Shown piece by piece: positions 18,084-27,823 of a stretch of 64,000 nucleotides of DNA. Within the stretch, counting starts at the first letter, position 1. Every line of letters starts with the position of its first letter. Below the pieces are notes generated by a model that ran no database searches, was not told the DNA's origin, and saw only the letters and a program-made list of their open reading frames with translations. Position numbers and translations under genes: made by a program. Source of the DNA: Anaerolineae bacterium (GTDB lineage Bacteria > Chloroflexota > Anaerolineae > B4-G1 > SLSP01); the NCBI GenBank assembly GCA_035347995.1, contig DAOPQD010000005.1:6433-70432 (forward strand), written 5' to 3'.

Positions 18084-18132
18084 CGCCGTCTACGCGATTC
18101 CCGGATTTGGGGATCGCGTAGACGGCGTTTTT
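18084..18132 (+). terminator. Rho-independent terminator after the DUF35 gene
   Basis: Perfect 15-bp stem cgccgtctacgcgat...atcgcgtagacggcg followed by ttttt. Confidence 0.8.
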
Positions 18133-18289
18133 ACTTTGGGGCACATGTAGCAGAACAGCGAAAACGCAGCTCATTGCCAGGCCCCGCCATGAATTCCGGG
18201 CCTGATACGTCAGGCCCGCTGAAGACAGTCTCCAAGCGACGCACGTGAGCGGGGGATCCGAGTGCTACCAGCGGTTTGATGGCAAAAAC

Positions 18290-18318
18290 TTGACTCTCAA
18301 ACGGTTGTCTCTATACTG
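18290..18318 (+). promoter_or_regulatory. candidate promoter TTGACT-17 nt-TATACT for the small membrane protein gene
   Basis: Read directly: ttgactctcaaacggttgtctctatact. Confidence 0.35.
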
Positions 18319-18444
18319 AAAAAAGAAGGTACCCCGTACGCCATGGCTCCCGGCCCGCCTGGTTGACTTGCCTGAAAGCAGGTCTCCGGTTATCATAGAG
18401 AAATCCATAGCAAGCGAAAAGCACGCGCCGCAAAAGGAGACTTC

Positions 18445-18855
18445 ATGCTGATCGAGCTGCTTTCGATTATCATCTTCACCTTCGCCCTGGCGCTGTTTGT
18501 GCTGGGCGGCTTCACCTTGTGGATCGAGAAGGCGCGGCGGCGCACGCTGGGCCTGGTGATGATGCTCAGCGCGCTCCTCGTTGCCGGGGGGTATGCCTTT
18601 CTGGGCAGCCGCTTCTCCATCGCCTTGCTGGGACGGTTGATCATCCTGGTGGATCTTCCCCGTTTGATGGCGACGGCCCTCGTCTACACCAGCGGCGTGC
18701 TCATCGGTCTGGCGCTGGCAGGCGGCTTGTTCCTGTGGATCTCGGGGCGCATCGTCCGTCCTACGCGGCTGGAACGTTACCTGGCGCTGTTCGTCGGCGT
18801 CACCTTGCTCATCGGTCTGCTCATCAGCCTGATGGCGATTGCCGTCAGCAGGTAA
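18445..18855 (+). CDS. small integral membrane protein (4 predicted TM helices), function unknown
   Basis: 136-aa strongly hydrophobic ORF. Confidence 0.55.
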   Translation: MLIELLSIIIFTFALALFVLGGFTLWIEKARRRTLGLVMMLSALLVAGGYAFLGSRFSIALLGRLIILVDLPRLMATALVYTSGVLIGLALAGGLFLWISGRIVRPTRLERYLALFVGVTLLIGLLISLMAIAVSR

Positions 18856-18880
18856 GAAGGACCGCTGCCATCGCAAGCAC

Positions 18881-18967
18881 AAAAATGTGAGTTATGAGCG
18901 GTAAGCGGAGACTGCGACAGTTCTCGACTCACGATTCACCGATCTCTATTTGCTGAGGAGGCTCTGC
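18881..18967 (+). promoter_or_regulatory. conserved 5' leader element, copy A, upstream of the dGTPase-like gene
   Basis: It is co-linear, with no gaps, with copy B2 at 34338-34427: aaaaRGTGAG-nnn-TGAGC-10nt-GACTGCRAC-nnnn-CTCKACTCAC-nnn-TCAC-nnnn-CTCTAYTTGCTGAGGAG-6nt-ATG. Confidence 0.6.
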
Positions 18968-20119
18968 ATGGTGCGTACACGCGAAGAATTGGAACGGATC
19001 GAGGACCTCACCCTCGCGCCCTATGCGATGCGCAGCGGGCACTCGCGTGGGCGCGTCTTCCCCGAAGAGGAAGCGCCTTACCGCACGGCTTTTCAGCGCG
19101 ATCGGGACCGCATCCTCCACAACACGGCCTTTCGTCGGCTGGAATACAAGACGCAGGTCTTCGTCATCCACGAGGGGGATCACTACCGCACTCGCCTGAC
19201 CCACACCCTGGAAGTCACGCAAATCGGGCGGACGATGGCCCGCGCGCTCGGCGCTAACGAGGATTTGGTGGAAGCCGTGTGCCTGGCGCATGACCTCGGA
19301 CATCCCGCCTTTGGCCATGCCGGCGAGATGACGTTGAACCGCCTGATGCAGGGACATGGCGGCTTCGATCACAATCGGCAATCACTGCGCATCGTGGAAC
19401 AACTCGCCGCGCATTACCCGGAATTCCACGGCCTCAACCTCACCTGGGAAGTCCGCGAAGGCATGGTGAAACACGAGACCGAGTACGACGTCGCCGACGC
19501 TTCCACTTTCGAGCCGGAAAAGCAGTGTACCCTCGAAGGGCAGCTGGCCAATCCTGCCGATGAGATCGCCTACACCGCTCACGACCTGGACGACGGCCTC
19601 CGCTCCGGCCTGCTGCGTCCGGAGCAACTCAACGGCCTGGCCTGGTGGGAACACCTCAAGGTCAGCCTGGGATGGGACGGCGGGCATTTCAATGACATGG
19701 TGCGCTATCGGCTGACGCGCCGCCTGCTGGGGCTGCTGGTCACCGACCTGATCGAGGCGACTTCAGCCCGGCTGGAGGCCGAGGGCTGCGCCAGCGTCGA
19801 AGACGTGCGTCAATGCCCCCAGAAAATGGTAGGACTTTCGCCCGGCGTTGCCGCTATGACCCGCGAGCTCAAACACTTCCTCTACGAAAACCTCTATCGC
19901 CATCCGCACGTCATGCGGATGCAGCTCAAGGCGGAACGGGTGATCACGGCGCTTTTCGAAGCCTACCTCAGCGAGCCGGCGCAACTGCCCTACGACGTGC
20001 AGGCCCAACTGCGAGAACGTCCTCTGGAGCGAGTGGTCTGTGACTACATCGCCGGCATGACCGATCGCTACGCGCTACAAGAATATGCCAAACTCTTCGA
20101 TCCTATGACGGCAGTGTGA
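18968..20119 (+). CDS. dGTP triphosphohydrolase-like HD-domain protein (Dgt family). Its start is placed at the ATG 8 nt after GAGGAGG.
   Basis: ORF ...HSRGRVFPEEEAPYRTAFQRDRDRILHNTAFRRLEYKTQV...HTLEVTQIGR...HDLGHPAFGHAGE. Confidence 0.85.
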   Translation: MVRTREELERIEDLTLAPYAMRSGHSRGRVFPEEEAPYRTAFQRDRDRILHNTAFRRLEYKTQVFVIHEGDHYRTRLTHTLEVTQIGRTMARALGANEDLVEAVCLAHDLGHPAFGHAGEMTLNRLMQGHGGFDHNRQSLRIVEQLAAHYPEFHGLNLTWEVREGMVKHETEYDVADASTFEPEKQCTLEGQLANPADEIAYTAHDLDDGLRSGLLRPEQLNGLAWWEHLKVSLGWDGGHFNDMVRYRLTRRLLGLLVTDLIEATSARLEAEGCASVEDVRQCPQKMVGLSPGVAAMTRELKHFLYENLYRHPHVMRMQLKAERVITALFEAYLSEPAQLPYDVQAQLRERPLERVVCDYIAGMTDRYALQEYAKLFDPMTAV

Positions 20120-21042
20120 ACATGATTCGTACTGAACATTTGACCAAACGTTTCGGCCCCTTGTTGGCAGTAGAGGACCTGAATCTGCACGTCGAGCGGG
20201 GCGAGGTTTTCGGCTTTCTAGGGCCGAACGGCGCGGGCAAGACGACGACGCTGCGGATGCTCGCCGCCCTCATCGCGCCGACTTCCGGCGCAGCATGGAT
20301 CAACGACCGGCGCGTGGGGCAGGATGACGAAGCCATCCATGCCAGCATCGGCCTGCTCACCGAGACGCCGGGGCTCTATCCCCGCCTGAGCGCCAAAGAG
20401 AATCTGAGTTTCTTTGCCAAACTGCACGGCGTGGAAGACATCCCCGGCCAGGTGCGGAAATACCTCACGCTGCTCGAACTCTGGGAACGGCGCTCCGAGC
20501 CGGTAGGCGGTTTCTCCAAAGGGATGCAGCAGAAGCTGGCGATTGCCCGGGCCCTGCTGCACGAGCCGCCGGTCCTCTTCCTCGACGAGCCGACCTCGGC
20601 GCTGGACCCCGAAGCCGCGCGCCTCGTCCGTGATTTTATCGAGACCCTCAAAGGGGAAGGGCGCACCATCTTCCTGTGCACCCACAACCTGGAGGAAGCC
20701 GATCACCTCTGCGATCGAGTCGCGGTGATCAAACAGCGGCTCATTCGAGTAGACGCGCCGGACGCGCTGCGGCAAGACCTGTATGGGCGCTCGGTGCGGG
20801 TGCAGCTGCGGGAAGTCACGCCGGAGATCCTCGCCGCCGTGCGCGCGCTCCCCTTCGTCACCGCCGTCACAGAGGCGCCCCAAGGGTTACGGGTGGCGCT
20901 GGATGAGCCTGAAACGCACAATCCCGAGCTCATCCACGCGCTGACGACAGCCGGCGCGGCCATTCAGTTCGTGGAACGGGAATCGCATTCTCTTGAGCAG
21001 GTCTACCTCGATCTGCTGCACGAGTCGGAGGCAACAGCATGA
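20116..21042 (+). CDS. ABC transporter ATP-binding protein
   Basis: Walker A GPNGAGKTT, signature FSKGMQQKLAIARAL, Walker B VLFLDEPTSALD. Confidence 0.9.
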   Translation: MNMIRTEHLTKRFGPLLAVEDLNLHVERGEVFGFLGPNGAGKTTTLRMLAALIAPTSGAAWINDRRVGQDDEAIHASIGLLTETPGLYPRLSAKENLSFFAKLHGVEDIPGQVRKYLTLLELWERRSEPVGGFSKGMQQKLAIARALLHEPPVLFLDEPTSALDPEAARLVRDFIETLKGEGRTIFLCTHNLEEADHLCDRVAVIKQRLIRVDAPDALRQDLYGRSVRVQLREVTPEILAAVRALPFVTAVTEAPQGLRVALDEPETHNPELIHALTTAGAAIQFVERESHSLEQVYLDLLHESEATA

Positions 21043-21836
21043 ATCGCAAACGCTTGCAAGCCGTGATCGAAAAAGAATGGCTCGATATGCGCAAGAACAA
21101 AATGGTGCTCAGCATGATGGCTCTGCTGCCTTTGCTGCTCGTCGGCATGATTTTGGGGACGGTCTACTTCATGGAGCGCGCCCCCGACTCTGAATACGAT
21201 CCGGCGACCGGGGACAGCGGCATGGCCTTGCCGCCTGAATTGGAGGCGCTGGGTTACAAAGAGGGGACCATCATCCTGTTGAACGATCAGTACATGTTCT
21301 ATCTGCTGCTCATTCCCCTGACCTTGCCGGTCTACGTCGCCGCGTACAGCATCATCGGCGAGAAGGAGACTCGCAGTCTGGAGCCGCTGCTGGCGACGCC
21401 GGTGAGCACGGCCGAGCTGCTGGTGGGGAAAACCATCTCGGCAGCGGCGCCGGCGATCGTCTTGACCTGGCTCAGTTTTGTGTTGACCGCCGTGGGGCTG
21501 AACTTCATTGCCAGCCCCACAGTATTGGCCTATTGGGTGCGCCCCGTTTGGTCATTGAGCATGGCGTTGCAGACGCCTTTCCTGGCAGTGCTATCCACCG
21601 CTTCTGGCGTCATCGCCTCGTCACGGCTCAACGATCCGCGCGCCGCACAGCAGGTGACGGGGTTGTTCATCGTGCCGCTCATCGCCCTGAGCTTAATCGT
21701 GCTGATGGGGAAGGTCTACCTCAACCTGCAGTTGATGAGCTGGGCGACCCTGCTGATTGCGGCAGTGACGGTCGGCGTGCTCTGGCTGGCAATCCGCCTG
21801 TTTCAGCGGGAAACGATCCTGACGCGCTGGAAATAG
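21039..21836 (+). CDS. ABC-2 family transporter permease
   Basis: 265-aa hydrophobic ORF translationally coupled to the ATPase gene. Confidence 0.75.
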   Translation: MNRKRLQAVIEKEWLDMRKNKMVLSMMALLPLLLVGMILGTVYFMERAPDSEYDPATGDSGMALPPELEALGYKEGTIILLNDQYMFYLLLIPLTLPVYVAAYSIIGEKETRSLEPLLATPVSTAELLVGKTISAAAPAIVLTWLSFVLTAVGLNFIASPTVLAYWVRPVWSLSMALQTPFLAVLSTASGVIASSRLNDPRAAQQVTGLFIVPLIALSLIVLMGKVYLNLQLMSWATLLIAAVTVGVLWLAIRLFQRETILTRWK

Positions 21837-21873
21837 GCGCCCGTCGCGCCGGCCATTGCCCCAAGACCTCGCC

Positions 21874-22191
21874 TCACGCGCGGATCATCACCAGCAGCAT
21901 CTTGAGCGGCGAGAGCGCCTTCAGCCCATGCGGTTCATGCGCGGGCATGATCAGCATCTCGCCAGCGTTGACCGTGAAAGGTTTGCCGGAAACGGTGATC
22001 TCGACCGCGCCCTCGAGCGCATAGACCAGCGCATCGTAAGGCGCGGTGTGCTCGCTGAGCCCCTGATCCACGTCGAAGGCGAACAGCGTCACCGTGCCGG
22101 CGCTGCGGCTCACAATCTCGCGGCTCACCACCGCGCCGGGCTGCACCGCGATCAAAGCATCCAATGATTGTACCTGGGGTTGTGTCATCAT
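21874..22191 (-). CDS. cupin domain protein
   Basis: 105-aa ORF with the two-His cupin motif region ...EHTAPYDALVYALEG...MPAHEPHG. Confidence 0.6.
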   Translation of the reverse strand: MMTQPQVQSLDALIAVQPGAVVSREIVSRSAGTVTLFAFDVDQGLSEHTAPYDALVYALEGAVEITVSGKPFTVNAGEMLIMPAHEPHGLKALSPLKMLLVMIRA

Positions 22192-22304
22192 AGCCTCCTC
22201 TTCCGAATTCTGCCTTCAAAATAGCAGAAAAGCAAATCCAAAACTACGACAAAAGTCGTGGCGCCCTTGATCTACCCAAACTCCCAACCCCCGTGGGATG
22301 GCCT

Positions 22305-24824
22305 TCAATACCCCACGTAGATCTCCTTCAATAGCTTCGTCGTCGCGCCCTTGGCGCCCGGCTCGCTTTCCCCCACCGGCCCCACGCACGAGGGACAGCC
22401 CTCGGTGCAGGGACAAGTCTGCACGCGCTCCAGCGCCGCCGCAGCGATCTGCTCCCACAGCCCCAGCAGGCGGGGACTCAGGCCCACGCCGCCCGGCGCG
22501 GTGTCGTAGAGGATAATGGAGGGCTGCCCCGATTCCGCATCCCGCGCCTGCACCGAGGCCCCCAGGTCACCGGGATCGCACATGAGGAATACGGGCGCGA
22601 GATTCCGCAGCAGATAGGACAGGCCGCTCAGCGCCGTCCGCGCGCCGCGCGCCCGCTCCACTTTGGCGTGACAGAGCGCACACAACGTCAGCAGGTTTTC
22701 GGGGGCGTGCGCCAATCGCAGCGCCACCGAGGGCGGATACTGCGCGAGAAACGTCCGCAGCGGCGTGAGGTGATGCACCTCCAGCGGCGCTTCGGGGCGG
22801 GCTGGCGCCCCGCACAGGCGGCAGGTGTGGGCGTCGCGGGATAAAATCGTCTCGCGGATTTTGGGCCACTCCGGGCCATAATCCAGCGGCGCGACATGCA
22901 CCCCCTCCTCTGCCAGCAGCTCTACCAGCGTCTCCGCCAGCGTCACCCGGCAGGCCTCCGTCTCGAGCAGCTGCTCCGGCAGATCCATGTCCCCCCAGCC
23001 GAGGGTCTCGTGATTGGCCAGGCTCACCCGCCGGTACGAGGTGGGTTTGCTGTGGACCAACACCTCCTCATCAGTGAGCGTGAGCGCCCCGCGCGGCAGC
23101 GTCTCCCGCAGCGCCAGTCGTTCCACGGAAATCGCCGCTGCCGCGAGGGTATAGTAATCATAGTCGCCGGGCTGCGCCTGCGCCAGCCCGCGCTCCCAAT
23201 CCAGTGCCGTGATGAGATAGGGCGTCCCGCCATGGAAGTAGATCGCCCCCTCATGCACCATGGCCGCGGCGCTTGGACGGTCCATGAGGCCCAGCGTCTC
23301 CCCCGCCGTCGTCTGGATGATCACGTTGTCGGCGGTCGTCGTGCGCAACGAGACGCTCTGCGCAGGATAAGTCTCCCCCACCCAGGTAAAGCGCTCCGCA
23401 CTGCGGTGGAGCACGCCCTCCGCACTGAGTGCTTCGAGCAACGGCGCCACATCCGGCAGCGAGCCGAAAGATTCATCGCGCTCGAAGGGCAGCTCAAAGG
23501 CGGCGCAGGCCAGATGCGAGCCGAGCACCGCCAGCGCGTCGGCGTTCAGACGGGCCTCCTCCGGCGAACGCACGAAGAAATACTCCGGGTGCGTCACCAG
23601 GTATTGATCCAACGGCGCCGGCGTAGCGATCAACACCGACAGCGAGACGCCGGCCCGGCGTCCGGCGCGGCCCATCTGCTGTCGCGTCGCCGCGATGGTG
23701 CCGGGATAGCCCACCAGCACCGACGCATCCAGCGCGCCAATGTCAATGCCGAGCTCCAGGGCGTTGGTGGCGACCACCACCCGGGTGCGGCCCTCGCGCA
23801 GATCCCGCTCGATGGTGCGGCGCTCGTGCGGGAGATAGCCGCCGCGATAGCCCTGGATCACCTCAGCCGGGAAGCCGGCGCGCGCGGCCCGTTCCCGCAG
23901 CTCGCGCAACAGGAGTTCCACCGTCAGCCGCGATCGCGCGAAGACGATAGTCTGCACGCCGGCCTGCAACAGCCGCAGGGTGAGGAACACGGCCTCGGCG
24001 CTGGCGCTGGCGCGCAACCCCAGCTCCGCGTCCAGCAGCGGTGGATTGTAGCACAGCACATGTCGCCCGCCGTAGGGCGCCCCATCGGCCTCCACCGGGG
24101 TGACCGGCGCCTCCCACAGGGATTCGGCCAGCTGCTGTGGATTGGCGATCGTCGCGGAGGCGCCGATGAAGCGCGGCGCCGCGCCGTAGAAGGCCGCCAC
24201 ACGGCGCAGGCGACGCAACACGTTGGCGATGTGGCTGCCAAAGACGCCCCGGTAGGTATGCAGTTCATCGAGCACCACGTAGCGCAAGCCGCTCAGGAAC
24301 CGCAGCCATTGGGTGTGGTGCGGCAGAATGCCCAGGTGCAGCATGTCGGGGTTGGAGACGAGAATGCGCGCCTCCTTGCGGATGGCGGCCCGGCGGCTCT
24401 GCGGGGTGTCGCCGTCGTAGGGGCGCAGGGCGAGCGGTGCCTGCAGCTGGCCGATCCAGGCTTCCAGCGCCGCGATCTGATCGTGGGCCAGCGCCTTGGT
24501 GGGGAAGAGCAGCAGCGCGGTGGCGGTGGGATCGCGCAGCAGCGTGTGGAGCAGCGGCAGCGTGTAGCCCAACGTCTTGCCGGAAGCCGTCCCCGTGGCG
24601 AGCACCACATTTTCCCCGCGCAGGACCGCTTCCACGGCGCAGGCCTGATGGGTGTAAAGCGCAGGAATGCCCAGCGCGCGCCCGGCGGCGCTGAGCCGCG
24701 GATCCAGCTCGGCGGGCCAGGTGACGGTCTGCGCCGCCTGCGCCGGTAACGTGCGCCATGCTGTCACATTGCGGATGAAGCGCGGGTCCTCACGCAGTAC
24801 GGAGAGCAGGGATTCCAGAGCCAT
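22305..24824 (-). CDS. DEXH-box helicase of the MrfA/Lhr-like type with a C-terminal DUF1998 zinc-binding domain, preceded by an HNH-like His-Me finger motif
   Basis: 839-aa ORF with GTASGKT, DELH, helicase C motifs, then CRLCG...EVHHLTPLR...ENLLTLCALCHAKVE (HNH-like), then ILYDTAPGGVGLS...CPCTEGCPSC (DUF1998-like). Confidence 0.7.
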   Translation of the reverse strand: MALESLLSVLREDPRFIRNVTAWRTLPAQAAQTVTWPAELDPRLSAAGRALGIPALYTHQACAVEAVLRGENVVLATGTASGKTLGYTLPLLHTLLRDPTATALLLFPTKALAHDQIAALEAWIGQLQAPLALRPYDGDTPQSRRAAIRKEARILVSNPDMLHLGILPHHTQWLRFLSGLRYVVLDELHTYRGVFGSHIANVLRRLRRVAAFYGAAPRFIGASATIANPQQLAESLWEAPVTPVEADGAPYGGRHVLCYNPPLLDAELGLRASASAEAVFLTLRLLQAGVQTIVFARSRLTVELLLRELRERAARAGFPAEVIQGYRGGYLPHERRTIERDLREGRTRVVVATNALELGIDIGALDASVLVGYPGTIAATRQQMGRAGRRAGVSLSVLIATPAPLDQYLVTHPEYFFVRSPEEARLNADALAVLGSHLACAAFELPFERDESFGSLPDVAPLLEALSAEGVLHRSAERFTWVGETYPAQSVSLRTTTADNVIIQTTAGETLGLMDRPSAAAMVHEGAIYFHGGTPYLITALDWERGLAQAQPGDYDYYTLAAAAISVERLALRETLPRGALTLTDEEVLVHSKPTSYRRVSLANHETLGWGDMDLPEQLLETEACRVTLAETLVELLAEEGVHVAPLDYGPEWPKIRETILSRDAHTCRLCGAPARPEAPLEVHHLTPLRTFLAQYPPSVALRLAHAPENLLTLCALCHAKVERARGARTALSGLSYLLRNLAPVFLMCDPGDLGASVQARDAESGQPSIILYDTAPGGVGLSPRLLGLWEQIAAAALERVQTCPCTEGCPSCVGPVGESEPGAKGATTKLLKEIYVGY

Positions 24825-24938
24825 GCGCCTATTGTAGCGTAGTCAATGCAGTTGACCAGGACAACAAATTCAGTAAAATCAGGGACGTGGCAACGCCTCC
24901 CTTGTTGCCCCCATCTTATCACTGGAGGTTTTGTGAAC

Positions 24939-26348
24939 ATGCAGGCCGCACTCGTAGAGGAACATGTCCCTTTGAAGAGTCGCATTGCCATCTCAGCGGG
25001 AGATGCAGCAACCGGCATCCTCCAATCGCTGGCGGCGTCCGGGGCGCTGACGTATTACTTCGTCAGCCTGCGTGGGCTGGACCCCAAACTGGCGGGGACC
25101 GTCTGGTTGCTGTTTGGCATCTGGAATGCGGTTAATGACCCACTCTTCGGTTACATCAGTGACCGCACCAAAAGTGCCCTGGGGCGGCGCATCCCCTACA
25201 TCCGCTATGGCGCTCCCCTCTTCGTGTTGGGATTTATCCTCTTCTGGGTCGTGCTCCCCGGCATCGGCAACAGCCAGACCGCCCTCTTCATCCAGCTGCT
25301 GATAGGACTGTTCATCTATGACGTCCTCTACACCGCCATCGCGACCAGTTTCTGGGTCATGCCCTACGAGGTGGCCGTTTCCAACAAAGCGCGGGGCACC
25401 ATCTACATCTGGAAAATCATCTTCATGGTATTCACGCTCGTCGTGCCGTTTGCCGTAGAGGCCACGATTAAGCCAGAGGTAGGCGATGAAGCCGGCATTT
25501 TGCTCTTCCGCTGGGTGATGATCGGATTGGGTGTGGTAATGGGGCTGATCATTTTCTTCAGCACGTTCTTCTTCAAAGAAAAACAGTACATCCAGGAAGA
25601 GGAGCAATTCAATTTCGTCACGTCCTTCAAAGAATGCTTCACCAACCGCTCCTTCGTCGTTTTTGAGGTCTTGAGCTTCACCGTGATGTTCACGCAAACG
25701 GCGCTGATGACGGGTGTCTGGTATTACTTCGACATGCTGAACATGCCTCGCGCCCCCATGCTCGGCGCCCTGGCAGCCGGCATCGTGTTGGGCATCGTCG
25801 CCTGGATTCAGCTGCGGGATCGCTGGGGCATCAAACGCTGCACGCAGGCCTTCACCCTCCTGTTTGCGGTCGGCTGTGTTCTGGTGATGCTCTTCGGGCG
25901 CAATGTGATCCTGGGAACGGCGGGCTTCTTCCTCTTTGGGATCGGGTTCTCCGGCGGGATGTATTTGATTCCACTCATGAACGGCGACGTCGTGGATATG
26001 GACGAACACCGCACGGGGCTCCGCCGCGAAGGGATGTATGCAGGCATCAACAGCTTCATCACCAAACCGGCGATCAGTCTCGCGGCATGGGCATTGCTGA
26101 ACATCATGAAGGCTTACGGCTACAACGAAAATCTCCCTGCCGCAGCGCAGTCTTACTCCGCCGGGACCGGCGTGTTGATCGGTTGGGCTGGCCCAACAGC
26201 GCTGTTGTTGATCCTGTCATTCCTCTCGTTGTTCATGTACCCGCTGGCGGGCGCGGAATGGGAGCAGATCAAACTCAATCTGGCCAAAGCTCACGCCGAG
26301 AAGGAACGTGCGTACCTGGAAACGCACGGCTATAAGTTTGTCAAATAA
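24939..26348 (+). CDS. MFS/GPH-family cation:sugar symporter-like transporter. The start is uncertain (the ORF opens at 24846; the ATG at 24939 is more plausible).
   Basis: Polytopic hydrophobic ORF with the GPH-like motif GIWNAVNDPLFGYISDRT. Confidence 0.7.
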   Translation: MQAALVEEHVPLKSRIAISAGDAATGILQSLAASGALTYYFVSLRGLDPKLAGTVWLLFGIWNAVNDPLFGYISDRTKSALGRRIPYIRYGAPLFVLGFILFWVVLPGIGNSQTALFIQLLIGLFIYDVLYTAIATSFWVMPYEVAVSNKARGTIYIWKIIFMVFTLVVPFAVEATIKPEVGDEAGILLFRWVMIGLGVVMGLIIFFSTFFFKEKQYIQEEEQFNFVTSFKECFTNRSFVVFEVLSFTVMFTQTALMTGVWYYFDMLNMPRAPMLGALAAGIVLGIVAWIQLRDRWGIKRCTQAFTLLFAVGCVLVMLFGRNVILGTAGFFLFGIGFSGGMYLIPLMNGDVVDMDEHRTGLRREGMYAGINSFITKPAISLAAWALLNIMKAYGYNENLPAAAQSYSAGTGVLIGWAGPTALLLILSFLSLFMYPLAGAEWEQIKLNLAKAHAEKERAYLETHGYKFVK

Positions 26349-26498
26349 CCCTCCATCCGCTATCTGGGACGGCGGCCTTCCTCCACACGCTGCCGTCCCA
26401 GGCAGCGTTGGAACCGCGTCCAAAGAAGCGCCCGCAAACCAGAGCCTCATCAACAAGATTTTACGCGCGCGGCTGGAGGAGAGATAAAGCGCGGCGCA

Positions 26499-26526
26499 TT
26501 GACATCAAAGACGAGTATAGTATAAT
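26499..26526 (+). promoter_or_regulatory. candidate promoter TTGACA-16 nt-TATAAT upstream of the 26715 hydrolase gene
   Basis: Read directly: ttgacatcaaagacgagtatagtataat. Confidence 0.4.
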
Positions 26527-26714
26527 CCGCCCCGTTTGTGTGAAACATGGGCCGGGTGCTCTCTGGCAGAGAGCGGGCCGATGGCTCGTTGAAACGTTAA
26601 GGATGGTGGAGCTTGTAAAACTACCCGATCGTGCGCCTTCTTCTCGTCCTTAAGTTGTCCAACGGTATTTTTGTCCCTATTCAATTTGTTCAGGACTGAG
26701 AAGGAGAGCACAGG

Positions 26715-27767
26715 ATGTCATTGCAGCTGTATGTCTTGCGGATAGTAGCCAGCGTCGTAGTCGGCACCTCGGTTTTAACGTTGATTGGCCCCCTGGTAGG
26801 TGAGGTAGTAGCCACCCTCCCGCCCCTGTTCCTCGCGAAAGCCCGTTACGCACCAGACTCACTGGCCCTCCCTTACGAAGAGGTCGCTTTTCCCACCGCG
26901 GAGGGTCTGATCTTGCGTGGGTGGTTTTTCCCCACCGAACAACCGAACGCCCCGGCGGTGCTGTACGCCCCCTCTACGGCCCACGACCAACGCTCCGGCC
27001 TTTCGCTGGTCACGGCCCTTCACCACGCCGGTTATCAAGTGTTGCTGTTCAGCTATCGCGGCCAGGCTCGCAGTGAAGGGAACTATTTCGGCTTCACCTA
27101 TGGCTTTGCCGAGAGCGAGGACGTAGACGCTGCGGTGCGCTTCCTCTACGAGACCAGGGGCATTCACCGCATCGGGGCGATTGGCCACTCCGTCGGCGCC
27201 GTGTCCATCATCCTGAGCGCGGCACGCAATCCCCGGCTGGGAGCCGTCGTCGCCGCGTCGCCCTTCAATTGTGTGGACGAAGTGTGGCAGACCAGCCGCC
27301 CGTCATGGCTCCCCGGCTTCGTGTTCGATTTCATCCTCCGCCTCTCAGAGTTGCGCAAGGGATTTAGCCGCTCTGCGGTCTGCCCGCTGAAGGTTGTGAG
27401 CGAGATTGCCCCTCGCCCCGTGTTGATCATTCAAGGCACCCGCGATCAGCACATCACAGAGCAGCAAATGGAATCTCTGTTCGCCGCTGCAGCAGAACCC
27501 AAGACCTTGTGGCTGATAGAAGGAGCCACCCATGCCGACGTCCGCTCTCCGATGTTAGACGTCTTAATGTCGGACGTGATTGCCTTCCTGGATGATGCAC
27601 TGCGCGAGGAACTCCCCGCTCCGGAATGGGCTGCCGCTGCAGAGGTCAGCGGGGTAACAGGCGATAGCACAATCGAGGCGCAGGGGATACCGGAGCGCGC
27701 TTTGGCATTCGGCGCGGGGCAGCCGTGGCAGTCAAGGGTGCGCCTCCGCCCGCTCGTGCAGAGATAA
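26715..27767 (+). CDS. membrane-anchored alpha/beta hydrolase (dienelactone-hydrolase/BAAT-like)
   Basis: 350-aa ORF with an N-terminal TM segment and a GHSVGA nucleophile elbow. Confidence 0.7.
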   Translation: MSLQLYVLRIVASVVVGTSVLTLIGPLVGEVVATLPPLFLAKARYAPDSLALPYEEVAFPTAEGLILRGWFFPTEQPNAPAVLYAPSTAHDQRSGLSLVTALHHAGYQVLLFSYRGQARSEGNYFGFTYGFAESEDVDAAVRFLYETRGIHRIGAIGHSVGAVSIILSAARNPRLGAVVAASPFNCVDEVWQTSRPSWLPGFVFDFILRLSELRKGFSRSAVCPLKVVSEIAPRPVLIIQGTRDQHITEQQMESLFAAAAEPKTLWLIEGATHADVRSPMLDVLMSDVIAFLDDALREELPAPEWAAAAEVSGVTGDSTIEAQGIPERALAFGAGQPWQSRVRLRPLVQR

Positions 27768-27823
27768 ACACAGATTTCTCCCGCTTGTACCGCCACCATG
27801 GCGAGAGGCTCCTGCAAGAATAG

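Noticed and set aside
22896-24749. 617-aa plus-strand ORF
   Set aside because: Antisense to the DEXH helicase gene.
26364-26402. Hairpin ctgggacggc...gccgtcccag after the MFS transporter gene as a terminator
   Set aside because: The stem is good but no U-run follows; listed only as a possible Rho-dependent or weak terminator, so not reported as a feature.
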